In this document: positions 38,019 through 47,852 of the stretch, one piece after another
Position numbering within the stretch: the stretch's first letter is position 1
How the letters are laid out: each line of letters begins with the position of its first letter
Origin: a virus
Taxonomy: Duplodnaviria > Caudoviricetes
Length of the DNA: 64,000 nucleotides
IMG/VR virus record: IMGVR_UViG_3300028591_000143
Location: 1 to 64,000 of that record
Reading direction: 5' to 3' (one strand)
Notes under the pieces: model-generated
What the model was told of the DNA's origin: nothing
What the model saw: the letters and a program-made list of their open reading frames with translations, nothing else
Database searches by the model: none
Made by a program: the position numbers and the translations under genes

Positions 38019-39730
38019 GTAGGTTTTGTTCCCGTTAATTTTTTGTACTTTCCTGTTGATGAGTCATATTGATAATAATCGGTATGACCACCACTATCCC
38101 AATTAGATGGCTTTGAAGTTTGAAGAGAACACCCCGTCCAAATATCAATACCATGCCGGAAATTAACAAAAGAACATTGAGTAATAGTTATTGGTCTACT
38201 AGGTCCTCCTGGAGTACTCCACCAAACACCATCACTTCTCCACCGTCCTTCAAAATATATATTTGCTAAGCTTGCTGAAATGTATGATGCGGGAGTGCCT
38301 GTTATATATTTACTAGTGTGTTTTGGATGTAAGTCATCGTTTCCGACAAAATTATCATCTCCAGAATAGTATCCTCTAACATCTAGTATACAATCAATGT
38401 GATCCGATGCAGAAGAGTCTTTTGCTTTTAGTATAGTTGAATTTGCACCCTTAGCATTATAGTTCGTATTAAAGTTATCTTGTATACTTTGTCCCTTCAA
38501 TGAAAAAGACCTTTGAATAATAATCGGACGCGTGATATTATATTGTCTTGCGTATAAGGAAATATTTCCAAAAACTGCTATAGCTCTTTCAATTTTATCA
38601 GCATCGTTTCCTCGGAACCAATCTGCGAAAACCTCATTTTTAACTTTTCCACTAACAACAAGATCTTCGCCTATCCATTCATTAGTACCCTCTATTTGGC
38701 AATTGTTTAAATTAAGATTTCCATTATTAATAATGCCGCCGTTTATTTTTAAAACAGAATTAGCTGGCATAGTAAAAGTACCACCACCTAGGTCGAAATA
38801 ATCTTTTACTTCAAACACCGTATTTGTGATCGGTATAGCAGTACCATCAACGGTGGGTGCTAGTTGTTCTTGAAAACTCGTTGTACTATCTCCTTCAACG
38901 GGTGCTTTGAGTACTTTATAACCCATACTGCGAAGCTTGGAAACACCATCAACCTCAGCACTGACAGCCACTCTATCATTAAGAGCTGCAACTACGGGAA
39001 ATTTATCTTGCATCTCAGGAATATCCTCTTGAGCCCCAATGTTAGTTCTTGCAGTTTCTTTTTGATTATTCGTAAAAGATTGTTGAATAGTAACATCAAT
39101 GGATTCAATACCATCAGCTACAGCCTTAGTAGTGGGAGCTTTAGTTTGAGATTTAGTTTCCAGATTAGTCTCTAAGTTTGTAGTAACGAATTTATTTCCA
39201 CTATCTTGCCAATTTCCCCCATCACCCTCATATAGATAAATATAGTAGACATTAGGATCAATACTAGATACATAAGCATATCCTTTTTCAGATAATTGAG
39301 AAGTATCGGGGAGACTTTCTATATTATCATACTGACCATAATATCTTCCAGTGGGTAGTTTATCTACTTTACCTGCTAATTCATTTACTTCAGATTTAGT
39401 AGCAGCTCCTAATTCAGATAGAGATACGTTACCATCTAATTCAATATTATTTATTTTCGGTTTGTTATCTAAGCTATTATAGTCTATTTCTACATCTGCT
39501 TGTTTTTGGGTAAGTTCTAATGTACTTGTCTGAGGATCTAATTGATACCAATACTCCTTTATTCCTCCACCCCTTTGTTTAATTCCTACGGTTAGTCCAA
39601 GAACCTTATAATTATTTAATGATGTATTAGCCTCCTCGATGGAATTATAAGGACCGTATCTAAGATCGACATTAGGAATATTTTCAGAGTTAGTTATTAT
39701 TCCTCCATTATTTATAGTTAAATTTCCCAT
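37964..39730 (-). CDS. Tailspike/fibre N-terminal part with pectin-lyase-like beta-helix start
   Basis: DLRYGPY..IEEA and YNSLDNKPKINNIELDGN fibre motifs; FDLGGGTFTMPANSVLKINGG..NG and ADWF..DADKIERAI precede the beta-helix. Confidence 0.65.
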   Translation of the reverse strand: MGNLTINNGGIITNSENIPNVDLRYGPYNSIEEANTSLNNYKVLGLTVGIKQRGGGIKEYWYQLDPQTSTLELTQKQADVEIDYNSLDNKPKINNIELDGNVSLSELGAATKSEVNELAGKVDKLPTGRYYGQYDNIESLPDTSQLSEKGYAYVSSIDPNVYYIYLYEGDGGNWQDSGNKFVTTNLETNLETKSQTKAPTTKAVADGIESIDVTIQQSFTNNQKETARTNIGAQEDIPEMQDKFPVVAALNDRVAVSAEVDGVSKLRSMGYKVLKAPVEGDSTTSFQEQLAPTVDGTAIPITNTVFEVKDYFDLGGGTFTMPANSVLKINGGIINNGNLNLNNCQIEGTNEWIGEDLVVSGKVKNEVFADWFRGNDADKIERAIAVFGNISLYARQYNITRPIIIQRSFSLKGQSIQDNFNTNYNAKGANSTILKAKDSSASDHIDCILDVRGYYSGDDNFVGNDDLHPKHTSKYITGTPASYISASLANIYFEGRWRSDGVWWSTPGGPSRPITITQCSFVNFRHGIDIWTGCSLQTSKPSNWDSGGHTDYYQYDSSTGKYKKLTGTKPTWTTNTYYVRRSPILQTV

Positions 39731-39731
39731 A

Positions 39732-40454
39732 TTATCTAAATATTATTTTTATATTATCTGTAGGATCGAATTCAGCAAATCCTGGATGACTAATTCCCCA
39801 AACATGATAAGTTTTTTCGTTTATTATAATATCCTCGTGTTCTGCAGTATTATCAGTTAATAAGTTTTGAGACATTATTTGTCCTCCTGAAGTAAATAAT
39901 ATTTCTTTCGGAGTACTATTTTCATTATATACCAGAAACACTAGGGAGTTTTGTCCAAATTCTTGATAGTAGGTTGGCATTTCTTCAATATTATATCCAG
40001 ACATCAAAGTTTTTAAAGTATTTTCATTAGTCGAGAAAAAATTATTTCTAGACATATTAACCCAACCTACATAATAATCAAAAATAACATCTTCTTTTTG
40101 ATCATAACTAAATACTTCTATAACATTGTCTGTTCTGCTCCATAAAATAACTATTCTATGAAGATCATTTTCTGTTATTGTGATTGTAGTTTTTAAAGAA
40201 TCCAGTTGTTGGTTATCTATATACATTATGGCATCTGGGTATTCTGATAGGAGAACTGGATCGAAAATCAATTCAACAGTATTTCCAATTATAGTGAATT
40301 TAGTTCCTTCACAGTTTTTTGGTATATTAGTTTTTAAAAATAAACTCTCATCCTCCCCCGTTTTTAAATAGACTGGTTTATTATAGATTTGAGTCATTAA
40401 TTCTAGTATTAAGTTTTCCATAATATTTCCTGTTCTTTCTGTGTTTGTGTCCAT
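39732..40454 (-). CDS. Hypothetical virion protein (likely start MENLILE), paralogous to 1615..2223
   Basis: Shared TQIY..DE.LF and HRI.ILW motifs. Confidence 0.55.
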   Translation of the reverse strand: MDTNTERTGNIMENLILELMTQIYNKPVYLKTGEDESLFLKTNIPKNCEGTKFTIIGNTVELIFDPVLLSEYPDAIMYIDNQQLDSLKTTITITENDLHRIVILWSRTDNVIEVFSYDQKEDVIFDYYVGWVNMSRNNFFSTNENTLKTLMSGYNIEEMPTYYQEFGQNSLVFLVYNENSTPKEILFTSGGQIMSQNLLTDNTAEHEDIIINEKTYHVWGISHPGFAEFDPTDNIKIIFR

Positions 40455-41494
40455 CCTCCATCAATAATACCTCTTAATTCAGTGTGCCATCCGAAGGGTT
40501 TTCCTGTAGTTCTATCAACGACTCCACAATTTCCATTACTAAAAAATACTTCATTACTATAGACTAAGCATTTTGTGTAATCTTCTGGATCTTTCTTCTC
40601 ACTATCATCAGCTCTTTTAAATTTTACTAAATCCCCCAGTCTAAAATTGTTAGGCATTACAATTCCAGAGAGAGTATAGTTTGCATTATAATCTGTATTA
40701 AATAAAGTAGTATTATAGAGAAAATTATCTATTAAGTTATCATATCCGGATCTACATATAAAATAATCAGCCCCTAATACAGAAGTTACATTTTTGGGAG
40801 GAGTATAACTAGATTCGGTCCAAGGATTTATGATAGGATAATTTTGTGTACGAGAATAAGTTAGGGTATAAGGTTCAATATTAGTTAAGTCCCCAGTACC
40901 CCCTCCTAAAATTTCTGGTATATTTTCATCTATATTTTCGTCCAACATTCTATGATTAATCCCTATAATATCTTTTATAACTAATCCATCCCATCCAAAT
41001 CCGAAGATAGATCCTTGCTTATAAGAATAACAAAGACGTTTACAGAAGTTAAATGGTGTTTCGCAAAGTTGATGAAGGAGTTGGTTATTATTTTGATCTG
41101 AGTCGGTTCTTATATCGAGGTTAGAATAGAGATAATTAAGAGCATCATTAATATCCTCATAAGTTCTAGATTCTCGTATACTAAAAAAACCAGGATCAGA
41201 ACAACAAATAAAGCCAATCTGAAGATTATTTCCGTCGTATTCTCTATGATTAATAAACATGGGGACTTCAAAACAAAAACCGCCATCATTATTGTCTTCG
41301 ATTATAATGGTTCCCGTATTTTGTTCTGTGATCCATTCCATTACACCTTCATCTTGTGGGAATATTAATGATGCTGTTCCCGTAGGTAAATCCCCTCCTA
41401 AAACTTCCTTCATTTGCAACCATTCTATACCAAAACCCTTCTCTGTCCACTCTTTAATATCAAAACTTATATCTTGAGAATTAGTCTGTTTCAT
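40409..41494 (-). CDS. Baseplate hub protein (T4 gp27 / P2 gpD-like)
   Basis: Size, position after the LysM/gp53-like gene, and HQLCETPFNFCKRL and FRLGDLVKF segments. Confidence 0.55.
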   Translation of the reverse strand: MKQTNSQDISFDIKEWTEKGFGIEWLQMKEVLGGDLPTGTASLIFPQDEGVMEWITEQNTGTIIIEDNNDGGFCFEVPMFINHREYDGNNLQIGFICCSDPGFFSIRESRTYEDINDALNYLYSNLDIRTDSDQNNNQLLHQLCETPFNFCKRLCYSYKQGSIFGFGWDGLVIKDIIGINHRMLDENIDENIPEILGGGTGDLTNIEPYTLTYSRTQNYPIINPWTESSYTPPKNVTSVLGADYFICRSGYDNLIDNFLYNTTLFNTDYNANYTLSGIVMPNNFRLGDLVKFKRADDSEKKDPEDYTKCLVYSNEVFFSNGNCGVVDRTTGKPFGWHTELRGIIDGGWTQTQKEQEILWKT

Positions 41495-41796
41495 ATCATT
41501 CCTAGTATTGAATCAAGTGTAGTTTTAGGAAGAACTCTAAGAATTGTGCCCTTTGAAAAACTTGATAATGGAAGTTTAACTTGCAGGAGAAGTAATCCGA
41601 GATAAGAAGAAGAACCGTAAATATCCTGTGCTATAAGATCTGGGCGAAATTCATGTATAGTGATCTCAAAACTCTCCCTATATAAGCTTTGATCGTTTAT
41701 CAGGGAGAGTAATAGAGAATCATATACATCATACCCGGAGATATAGTTGCTAGGATCATTCTTCGCTGTTATTATTTTATTCTTTTTTTTAAACAT
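41491..41796 (-). CDS. Baseplate wedge LysM-like protein (T4 gp53-like)
   Basis: EFRPDLIAQDIYGSSSY...KGTILRVLP signature. Confidence 0.75.
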   Translation of the reverse strand: MFKKKNKIITAKNDPSNYISGYDVYDSLLLSLINDQSLYRESFEITIHEFRPDLIAQDIYGSSSYLGLLLLQVKLPLSSFSKGTILRVLPKTTLDSILGMI

Positions 41797-43141
41797 TGTA
41801 ATTTCTCCTTAGGTATTCTTGTTGTTTTCTAAGACGCTTTGTGTGATATCCCTCTCCTGCCGTACTATACCCACTTCCTGGAACAGGATTTGTGTTTGTA
41901 AAGTATATGTTGTTAACACCAGTAATAAAACTCACTAAAGAATCATTTGAATACATAGTGGCTGGAGTTAATGTGAGATTAATATCGCAATAAAGAGGTG
42001 ATAATTTTTCTGTAAATGGATCTTTTACCATAACTTTAGAGAAATTCATAGTAATATCCTGACAAAGCAATGAAGAGATAGAATAATTTGTTCCTATTCT
42101 CAGTTTCAATGTTCCTTCTTGTGGGGCATCTATATCTTTATAACTTGGTTTATATCCCCCCGGTGCTTTTTGCCAAGATATTAAACCCTTAAAGTATTCA
42201 TCTACCCTAGCTAGAGTATCATCTGCTATATTTTTGATTTCTTCATTCATAACCCCAAAATGATTAACTATAGTATCACCTATTGAATTGGCAGACTCTA
42301 CTAAACTTGGTCGAGCCTCTTCTATAGTTTTTCCTCTATTGGACCGTACATTAGATAAAGCACTGTCGATAGTTGTAAAACCTTCATTTATATATTCCTT
42401 AAGGGACTTTCCAGCTTTATTTGCTTTGTCTTTTATTTGAGCTAATCCCTCATCTGTATTAGCCCAGGAACTTATTGAACTCTTAAGTAACCCTAATCCG
42501 CTCTCTTCAAAAGTTCCATTTACATAAGGAAGAATGATTTTTACTTGATCGACCGTACTAATCATTGTATGTTTTTCCACGTCAAACTTAGGAAATATTG
42601 TATATTTAAGACCAAGGTTACCAAAAGCAGTTCCAGATCCTGAATAATAGGTAAATCTAGATCCCTGTATTATTAAACTATCATTAATACGGGAAGATAT
42701 TAAATTTATTCCCCCTTTTGCTAGTGTTGATACAGTTCCTAGTATATCTGTAGCTGTTGATGTGACTGCATTTCCTTCCTCGGCTGATTTTATACTCTGA
42801 TTTTTAGAAGTAGCTGTAATAAGGGAAAGCATATCTTGTACAACTGGAATATAAGGCCCAATTGTTCTAGCTCTATTCCATATTTCTGAAATGGCATTAT
42901 CTCCAACAGGTGTCCATCTATTAGCTACAGCCACATTAAAATCATCCTGAAGTATAGCCTGAGCAATAGGAGTAGAACTATAACCACATGTTTCAGATTT
43001 ATCACCCTTAAAATAAGTCTCTGTATCCCCGTCTTCTACATTTTTCCAAGTTTTTGTTTTTGTATCATATTGTTTGTTTGGATGAAGAGATACAGATGTT
43101 AAAGGATCATTTAATTGTCTATCGTAATACCATCCTTTCAT
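41789..43141 (-). CDS. Tail tube initiator / baseplate-tube junction protein (gp48/gp54-like)
   Basis: C-terminal LKLRIG...LCQDITMNFS...PLYCDINLTLTP tube-fold pattern; lies between tape measure and gp53-like gene. Confidence 0.55.
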   Translation of the reverse strand: MKGWYYDRQLNDPLTSVSLHPNKQYDTKTKTWKNVEDGDTETYFKGDKSETCGYSSTPIAQAILQDDFNVAVANRWTPVGDNAISEIWNRARTIGPYIPVVQDMLSLITATSKNQSIKSAEEGNAVTSTATDILGTVSTLAKGGINLISSRINDSLIIQGSRFTYYSGSGTAFGNLGLKYTIFPKFDVEKHTMISTVDQVKIILPYVNGTFEESGLGLLKSSISSWANTDEGLAQIKDKANKAGKSLKEYINEGFTTIDSALSNVRSNRGKTIEEARPSLVESANSIGDTIVNHFGVMNEEIKNIADDTLARVDEYFKGLISWQKAPGGYKPSYKDIDAPQEGTLKLRIGTNYSISSLLCQDITMNFSKVMVKDPFTEKLSPLYCDINLTLTPATMYSNDSLVSFITGVNNIYFTNTNPVPGSGYSTAGEGYHTKRLRKQQEYLRRNYNV

Positions 43142-46100
43142 ACTTGTTGATTTTTAGTATTTGTCTTAGCAGGACTCTTACCTCCACTATTCTGGTTATT
43201 CTGTACTATAGCATTATAAATAAGTGGTAAATATTGTGCAGTAGCTTTTGTGTGTTCAGCTGTTTCTGCTGTCATCTGTGCTGTAATAAGACTTGATGTT
43301 TCTGTCGTACTTACACTATTAGATGAATTGTCTGTCATTTGCACAGAATTTTTATTTCCAGCTTTTACATTTTTTCCAGCAGTAGTAGCATTAGATATGG
43401 GGGTATTTGTTTTTGTTGTGGTTCCTCCTAATATTGAATAGGCTGTTGGGTAAGAATCGGGCCTTGAGAGAAGACTTAAACCATAAGAACTCGAGTTTGG
43501 GGATTCTGTAGTTGGTATAGATGTATTATTACTATCTTCAATACTTCCCACAAAGGAGTTATAAATTCCACTTGCGTTTTTTAATCTAGGCCTCCATATT
43601 GTATCTTCATAGCTCACAAAATTCTTATGATGTTTTCTATAAGTATCCTCCATACTCTTTTTTGTAGCTGGACCTGCATTAGACCCATTTTCAAATCCCC
43701 TAGTAAAAAGATCTACGGTTTGTTCTATTATTTCTTGTGGTGTGAGATTATTTGTAGATAACGCACGAATTGAATTATATACACGCCTCTTCTTAAACTC
43801 CTGCAAGAAAAACTCAAGTTGATCCTCTAATGACACAGCATGTATTCCAGGAAATGATCTTCCAGGATATTTATTTTTCCACCAAGCTTCAAAATCACCC
43901 TTTCTACTATTTGACCATTGACAGATTCCTTCTCCAAAGGGCTTTCCAGCTTTATATTCTCCAACATTAATAGCTCCCGGATTAAAATTAGACTCTTGCT
44001 GTATAACACCTGCAATACCAGCAGCCTGTTCATCAGTAAAACCATCTTTTTTTAGAAAATTAAATATTTTTCTAGCATTAGCCTCTCTCTCTTCCTTGGT
44101 TATCTTTTTTATGGTTATATTCCCCCTATTATCTAGGGTACTGAAGTCTCCACCACCTAGATTAGCCCTGGCAGAACTAGAATATTGAGGGTCAGAACCT
44201 GATCTTCTTTGCTCATACATTTCTGCCTCATACTCTATATCTCTAATACTACCCATAGATTTCTCATACTTACTATCGTGATCAAATGTATCTAGGTGTT
44301 TTTGAGTAGCATTCATTCTTCCCTCGGTAATTATTCCCTGATTTTTTAAGTTTCTGAGAGCTAATTCTTGAGTATCTATAGTATAATCCTCTATGGAATT
44401 TGATCCTACAAGTTTATAAATAATTCCTCTAATAACAGATGAATCTATTTTTACAACTCTCCAATGATCTTGACCTGTTCTACTATTAAAGTCAGGCTCT
44501 TCTACTAACTTTATTTTATCTCCCTCAGCACTTTCATAAACAATCTTTCGATAATAAGTAGAAAAATCATAACCCGATTGATAAAATTCTCTTTCTCTAG
44601 TTCCGGAAATTGATTTATTAATGAGTTTTATATTAATTTGCTCCAAATCTGTGGAAGGGACTTTAAATAATGTTGTAAATTTTTCAAACACGAGAATATC
44701 ATTGGCCTTAGATAGTAGTTTAAGTAAATATAATAACTTCTCCATATCAATGTCAAAATTATGTTGACTTTTTGGTCTTCCTATAGTAGTATACATAAGG
44801 CCATAATTACCTGTTACTTGGGTCCTAACTGCCTGACTTGACTTCCCCCAACTATACTCCCCTCTTATCTGTTTGTATATATCCAAAGAAGCTGCTAAAG
44901 TTCCTCTATACGAGGCAGTAGATAATCTATCTCCAAGGGGTGTTAGATCTATTTTTCTTAAGGTACTTACTCCACTTGCATTTTTATATACACCATTGCC
45001 AACTCCTGTAGTAGTTACTGTTCTATGTAGGTTGTGAAGTCTTAGTGTTAATATATCCGCTTCTCCAAAATATGAAAGCAAATCACTTCCTCGTTCTCTT
45101 AAAAATCGCTGTTTGGTTGATTCTTTTGATCTATCTTTTTCTTTTATTCCATTTTTATTTGCCCAATCTTGATATTCTTTTTCTATATCAACTCCACCGC
45201 CATTCTTTTTTACTAAAACAGCATTTCCACTATTATCTGTTAGGCTTATTCCTTTTCCTTTTCCTAGTTTTGCAGCTAATTCTTTGGAACCACTACTTGT
45301 ATCTTCACCTAAGGCTAAACTATCTCTAATCTCACTCTCTCTTTCTTTATTTAACATGGCTCGGGCGGCTTTTGTTCCCCCAAAGAAAACACTAAGCCAA
45401 TCTAAGAGACCCTTTACTGCTTGTCCCGGTCTTAAGATACTACCCCAATCATGATCTTTTAAAATATTATCTGCTAATTGTTTTCTATCATAAAGCGCCC
45501 TGGATAATTTTTCTAGGATTACATTAAATACACCAGTTTCCTCTTTATTCCATAACGCAAATCTAATCTTTCCTATAAATGTTTTCGGATCATCTAAATC
45601 AATCTTTCCATCACCTCCAAAAATTCCCCCTACTCTCTCTCCTATGACATCAATCCATCCCCTTATCTTAGTCTCTGCATTATCGATAAAGTTTAAGATC
45701 TTGGGGAGTCTAGTAGCTAATCCGATAAGTCCTATGGTTTTTAGCATGTTCATAAAGGGATTACTCATACGCTCTGCCATTCTTCTAGGATCCATGGCTT
45801 TAGTTATATCTTTTCCTAATCCCTCTAATTTTCTCATCATCTTATTCGCATTTCTCGTTAAGCTGCTCTCTCTTCTCTGATATTCTAAGTTTTGTTTCTG
45901 AAATTGAGCATCTTGACGGGCGAATACATTAGTTAACCAGGCTTTAAATTTTCCTTGTGTGTCTTCCTTCGGCCTTATACTAACATCCCTTCCTTGTACC
46001 GGACCACCTTGTATGTTAGTAGTATTATTATTTATGGTTATGTTTTGTGGTCCCTGTCTTACTACCTTTGTTTCTTTTATGACTCGAGGCTGATTTAATC

Positions 46101-46353
46101 CATAACCCCCGAGAACATTACGTGTGGTAGAATTCAATCCATCCATAGCCATAATCTCTGCAGCCTGTCCGAGAGTTTGTCTTTGGGCTTGCATATTCAT
46201 AGCATTATTGGCCTGGAGTGCTAAATTTTGTTGTTGTTCCGCTTGTATTGCTAAGAGTTGGTTTTGAGCCTCCTGATAACTTTCAAACTCTTTTCCAGAC
46301 TCAACCCTTTTCTCGGCAATTCTTCTCGTTTTTTTATCTGTGCTCTCTGCCAT
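43138..46353 (-). CDS. Tape-measure-like protein with phage tail lysozyme (Phage_lysozyme2-type) domain
   Basis: Gln-rich coiled-coil N-terminus; KIFNFLKKDGFTDEQAAGIAGVIQQESNFNP...GICQW...R...LEDQLEF...FTRGFE catalytic domain. Confidence 0.75.
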   Translation of the reverse strand: MAESTDKKTRRIAEKRVESGKEFESYQEAQNQLLAIQAEQQQNLALQANNAMNMQAQRQTLGQAAEIMAMDGLNSTTRNVLGGYGLNQPRVIKETKVVRQGPQNITINNNTTNIQGGPVQGRDVSIRPKEDTQGKFKAWLTNVFARQDAQFQKQNLEYQRRESSLTRNANKMMRKLEGLGKDITKAMDPRRMAERMSNPFMNMLKTIGLIGLATRLPKILNFIDNAETKIRGWIDVIGERVGGIFGGDGKIDLDDPKTFIGKIRFALWNKEETGVFNVILEKLSRALYDRKQLADNILKDHDWGSILRPGQAVKGLLDWLSVFFGGTKAARAMLNKERESEIRDSLALGEDTSSGSKELAAKLGKGKGISLTDNSGNAVLVKKNGGGVDIEKEYQDWANKNGIKEKDRSKESTKQRFLRERGSDLLSYFGEADILTLRLHNLHRTVTTTGVGNGVYKNASGVSTLRKIDLTPLGDRLSTASYRGTLAASLDIYKQIRGEYSWGKSSQAVRTQVTGNYGLMYTTIGRPKSQHNFDIDMEKLLYLLKLLSKANDILVFEKFTTLFKVPSTDLEQINIKLINKSISGTREREFYQSGYDFSTYYRKIVYESAEGDKIKLVEEPDFNSRTGQDHWRVVKIDSSVIRGIIYKLVGSNSIEDYTIDTQELALRNLKNQGIITEGRMNATQKHLDTFDHDSKYEKSMGSIRDIEYEAEMYEQRRSGSDPQYSSSARANLGGGDFSTLDNRGNITIKKITKEEREANARKIFNFLKKDGFTDEQAAGIAGVIQQESNFNPGAINVGEYKAGKPFGEGICQWSNSRKGDFEAWWKNKYPGRSFPGIHAVSLEDQLEFFLQEFKKRRVYNSIRALSTNNLTPQEIIEQTVDLFTRGFENGSNAGPATKKSMEDTYRKHHKNFVSYEDTIWRPRLKNASGIYNSFVGSIEDSNNTSIPTTESPNSSSYGLSLLSRPDSYPTAYSILGGTTTKTNTPISNATTAGKNVKAGNKNSVQMTDNSSNSVSTTETSSLITAQMTAETAEHTKATAQYLPLIYNAIVQNNQNSGGKSPAKTNTKNQQV

Positions 46354-46406
46354 CTCTCTTTATAATTAATAATAAAAATAAAGAACTATAACAAATTAAT
46401 TCATTG

Positions 46407-46805
46407 TTATAATTCTTTACTTATCGTCTTATCCCAGTCTATATCCCCTCCATTCATAAATTCACTCATCTTGTGGTTTTCTATTTCAAGAGAGGAAATA
46501 AGTCTGGTAAAAAATCTCCTCGAAGACTTTGATTTTAATAATTTTCTCATTTCAGGATAACACTCAAAATGTATACCAAAATGAGGATGTAATTTAAGGG
46601 GCACATCTATTAAACCTGCACTCCTCTCATACCTCCCTCCATATACCATTATTATCTTCTGCCCTTCACATTCACTTACTACTATGGTGTCTTTATGTTT
46701 GTTCTTGTAAAAAAGTATTATCCTAGAATCTCCTCCATAACCATACTTCTCTTCTATACTTTTTCTTCTGTTATTTCCCATAGTTTTCTCCAATCTAAAT
46801 AACAC
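46407..46805 (-). CDS. Accessory paralogue 3 (likely start MGNNRRK)
   Basis: KYGYGGDSRIILFYKNKHK...FECYPEM...RRFF aligns with the two upstream copies. Confidence 0.7.
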   Translation of the reverse strand: MLFRLEKTMGNNRRKSIEEKYGYGGDSRIILFYKNKHKDTIVVSECEGQKIIMVYGGRYERSAGLIDVPLKLHPHFGIHFECYPEMRKLLKSKSSRRFFTRLISSLEIENHKMSEFMNGGDIDWDKTISKEL

Positions 46806-47158
46806 CCTCTGATCATATAATCACCTATCCGATGACCAAAGACAACTAATTCTCGGATGATTCTTATAAATTCCCTCCTTGCACATTTTCCCTTTAGCTG
46901 ATCTAACATGTCATGGTAGTCTTCAAAGTATACAGTTAATCCACCGAAGGGAGTTTTATCTGGAGTAATTATAGCTCTTCCATAAGTAAATTTCTTTGGC
47001 CCCGTATGAACCTGAATATATAATTTCTCGGAGGTATTGGATTTACTTATTGAGATTCGATTTTTATGTTTATCGTGGTATAAATAGATTAAACGCGTGT
47101 CGGATCCAAAACCATATTCTTTCTCTGCTTTTTTCGAAAATTTAGTCTTATCTCTCAT
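46754..47158 (-). CDS. Accessory paralogue 2
   Basis: MRDKTKFSKKAE..Y...D..LIYLY.DKH.NRISISKSN; near-duplicate of 47198..47599. Confidence 0.75.
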   Translation of the reverse strand: MRDKTKFSKKAEKEYGFGSDTRLIYLYHDKHKNRISISKSNTSEKLYIQVHTGPKKFTYGRAIITPDKTPFGGLTVYFEDYHDMLDQLKGKCARREFIRIIRELVVFGHRIGDYMIRGCYLDWRKLWEITEEKV

Positions 47159-47197
47159 ATCATTAATAAGGAAAATAAAGAACTATAACATTCTCAG

Positions 47198-47599
47198 TCA
47201 TAATTCTTTACTCTCTGTTATTTCCCACAGCTCATTCCATAGCAACCTGTCTCCAATCATATGATCCCCTATTCTATGACCGAGAACAACTAACTCTCGG
47301 ATAATTCTTATAAATTTCCTCCTTGCACACTTCCCCTTTAACCGATTTAGCATATCTTCATAATCCTCAAAGTATATGGCTAGTCTACCAAAGGGAGTTT
47401 TTGTTGGGGGATCTATTAGTCCAACAGAATAGTTATGCGGCTTGGAAAATACTTTTATATATATCTTTTCTGAGTCATTGGATTTACTTATTGAGATTCG
47501 ATTTCCATGCTTGTCTCTGTATAAATAGATCAAGTGCGTATCAAATCCTGTACAATATTCTTCCTCTGCTTTTTTCGAAAACTTAGTCTTATCTCTCAT
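47198..47599 (-). CDS. Accessory paralogue 1
   Basis: Shares an identical ~30-bp upstream/start sequence (TCCTTATTAATGATATGAGAGATAAGACTAA) with paralogue 2. Confidence 0.75.
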   Translation of the reverse strand: MRDKTKFSKKAEEEYCTGFDTHLIYLYRDKHGNRISISKSNDSEKIYIKVFSKPHNYSVGLIDPPTKTPFGRLAIYFEDYEDMLNRLKGKCARRKFIRIIRELVVLGHRIGDHMIGDRLLWNELWEITESKEL

Positions 47600-47600
47600 A

Positions 47601-47612
47601 TCATTAATAAGG
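47601..47612 (-). promoter_or_regulatory. Putative phage promoter motif CCTTATTAATGA (identical copy at 47160-47171)
   Basis: Variants directly upstream of genes at 31541-31552, 33726-33737, 50042-50053 and 23877-23888. Confidence 0.5.
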
Positions 47613-47852
47613 ATCTGACTTTGTTGAATATCGTATAAATCCCGTCCGTAGTGCTTCTTCTTTTGTCATAGTAAATACAATCTTAGTATCCATTTTCTTA
47701 TATTTTCCGGACGACATTAATACACCCTCACGGATTTTATAGGTTGTTTTGTTTCTCGTTTGTTTTCCTTGGGGGTATCGTAGTTTGAATCCTATATACC
47801 CCCTGTCGGACTTTATTTTTATTCTTTTCTGTATTTTGCGTTTATTGTTCAA
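47604..47852 (-). CDS. Small basic hypothetical protein
   Basis: 82-aa Lys/Arg-rich ORF overlapping the helicase B stop. Confidence 0.45.
   Translation of the reverse strand: MNNKRKIQKRIKIKSDRGYIGFKLRYPQGKQTRNKTTYKIREGVLMSSGKYKKMDTKIVFTMTKEEALRTGFIRYSTKSDPY

Noticed and set aside
34693-39730. Diversity-generating retroelement targeting the LRR or tailspike genes
   Set aside because: No reverse transcriptase in the window and no TR/VR pair differing only at adenines was seen; a remote DGR cannot be excluded.
46754-47599. KTKFSKK at the N-termini of the 133/134-aa paralogues as further copies of the FS targeting motif
   Set aside because: It lacks the hydrophobic I-I/K-F/L-R lead-in and is absent from the third paralogue, so it may be chance.
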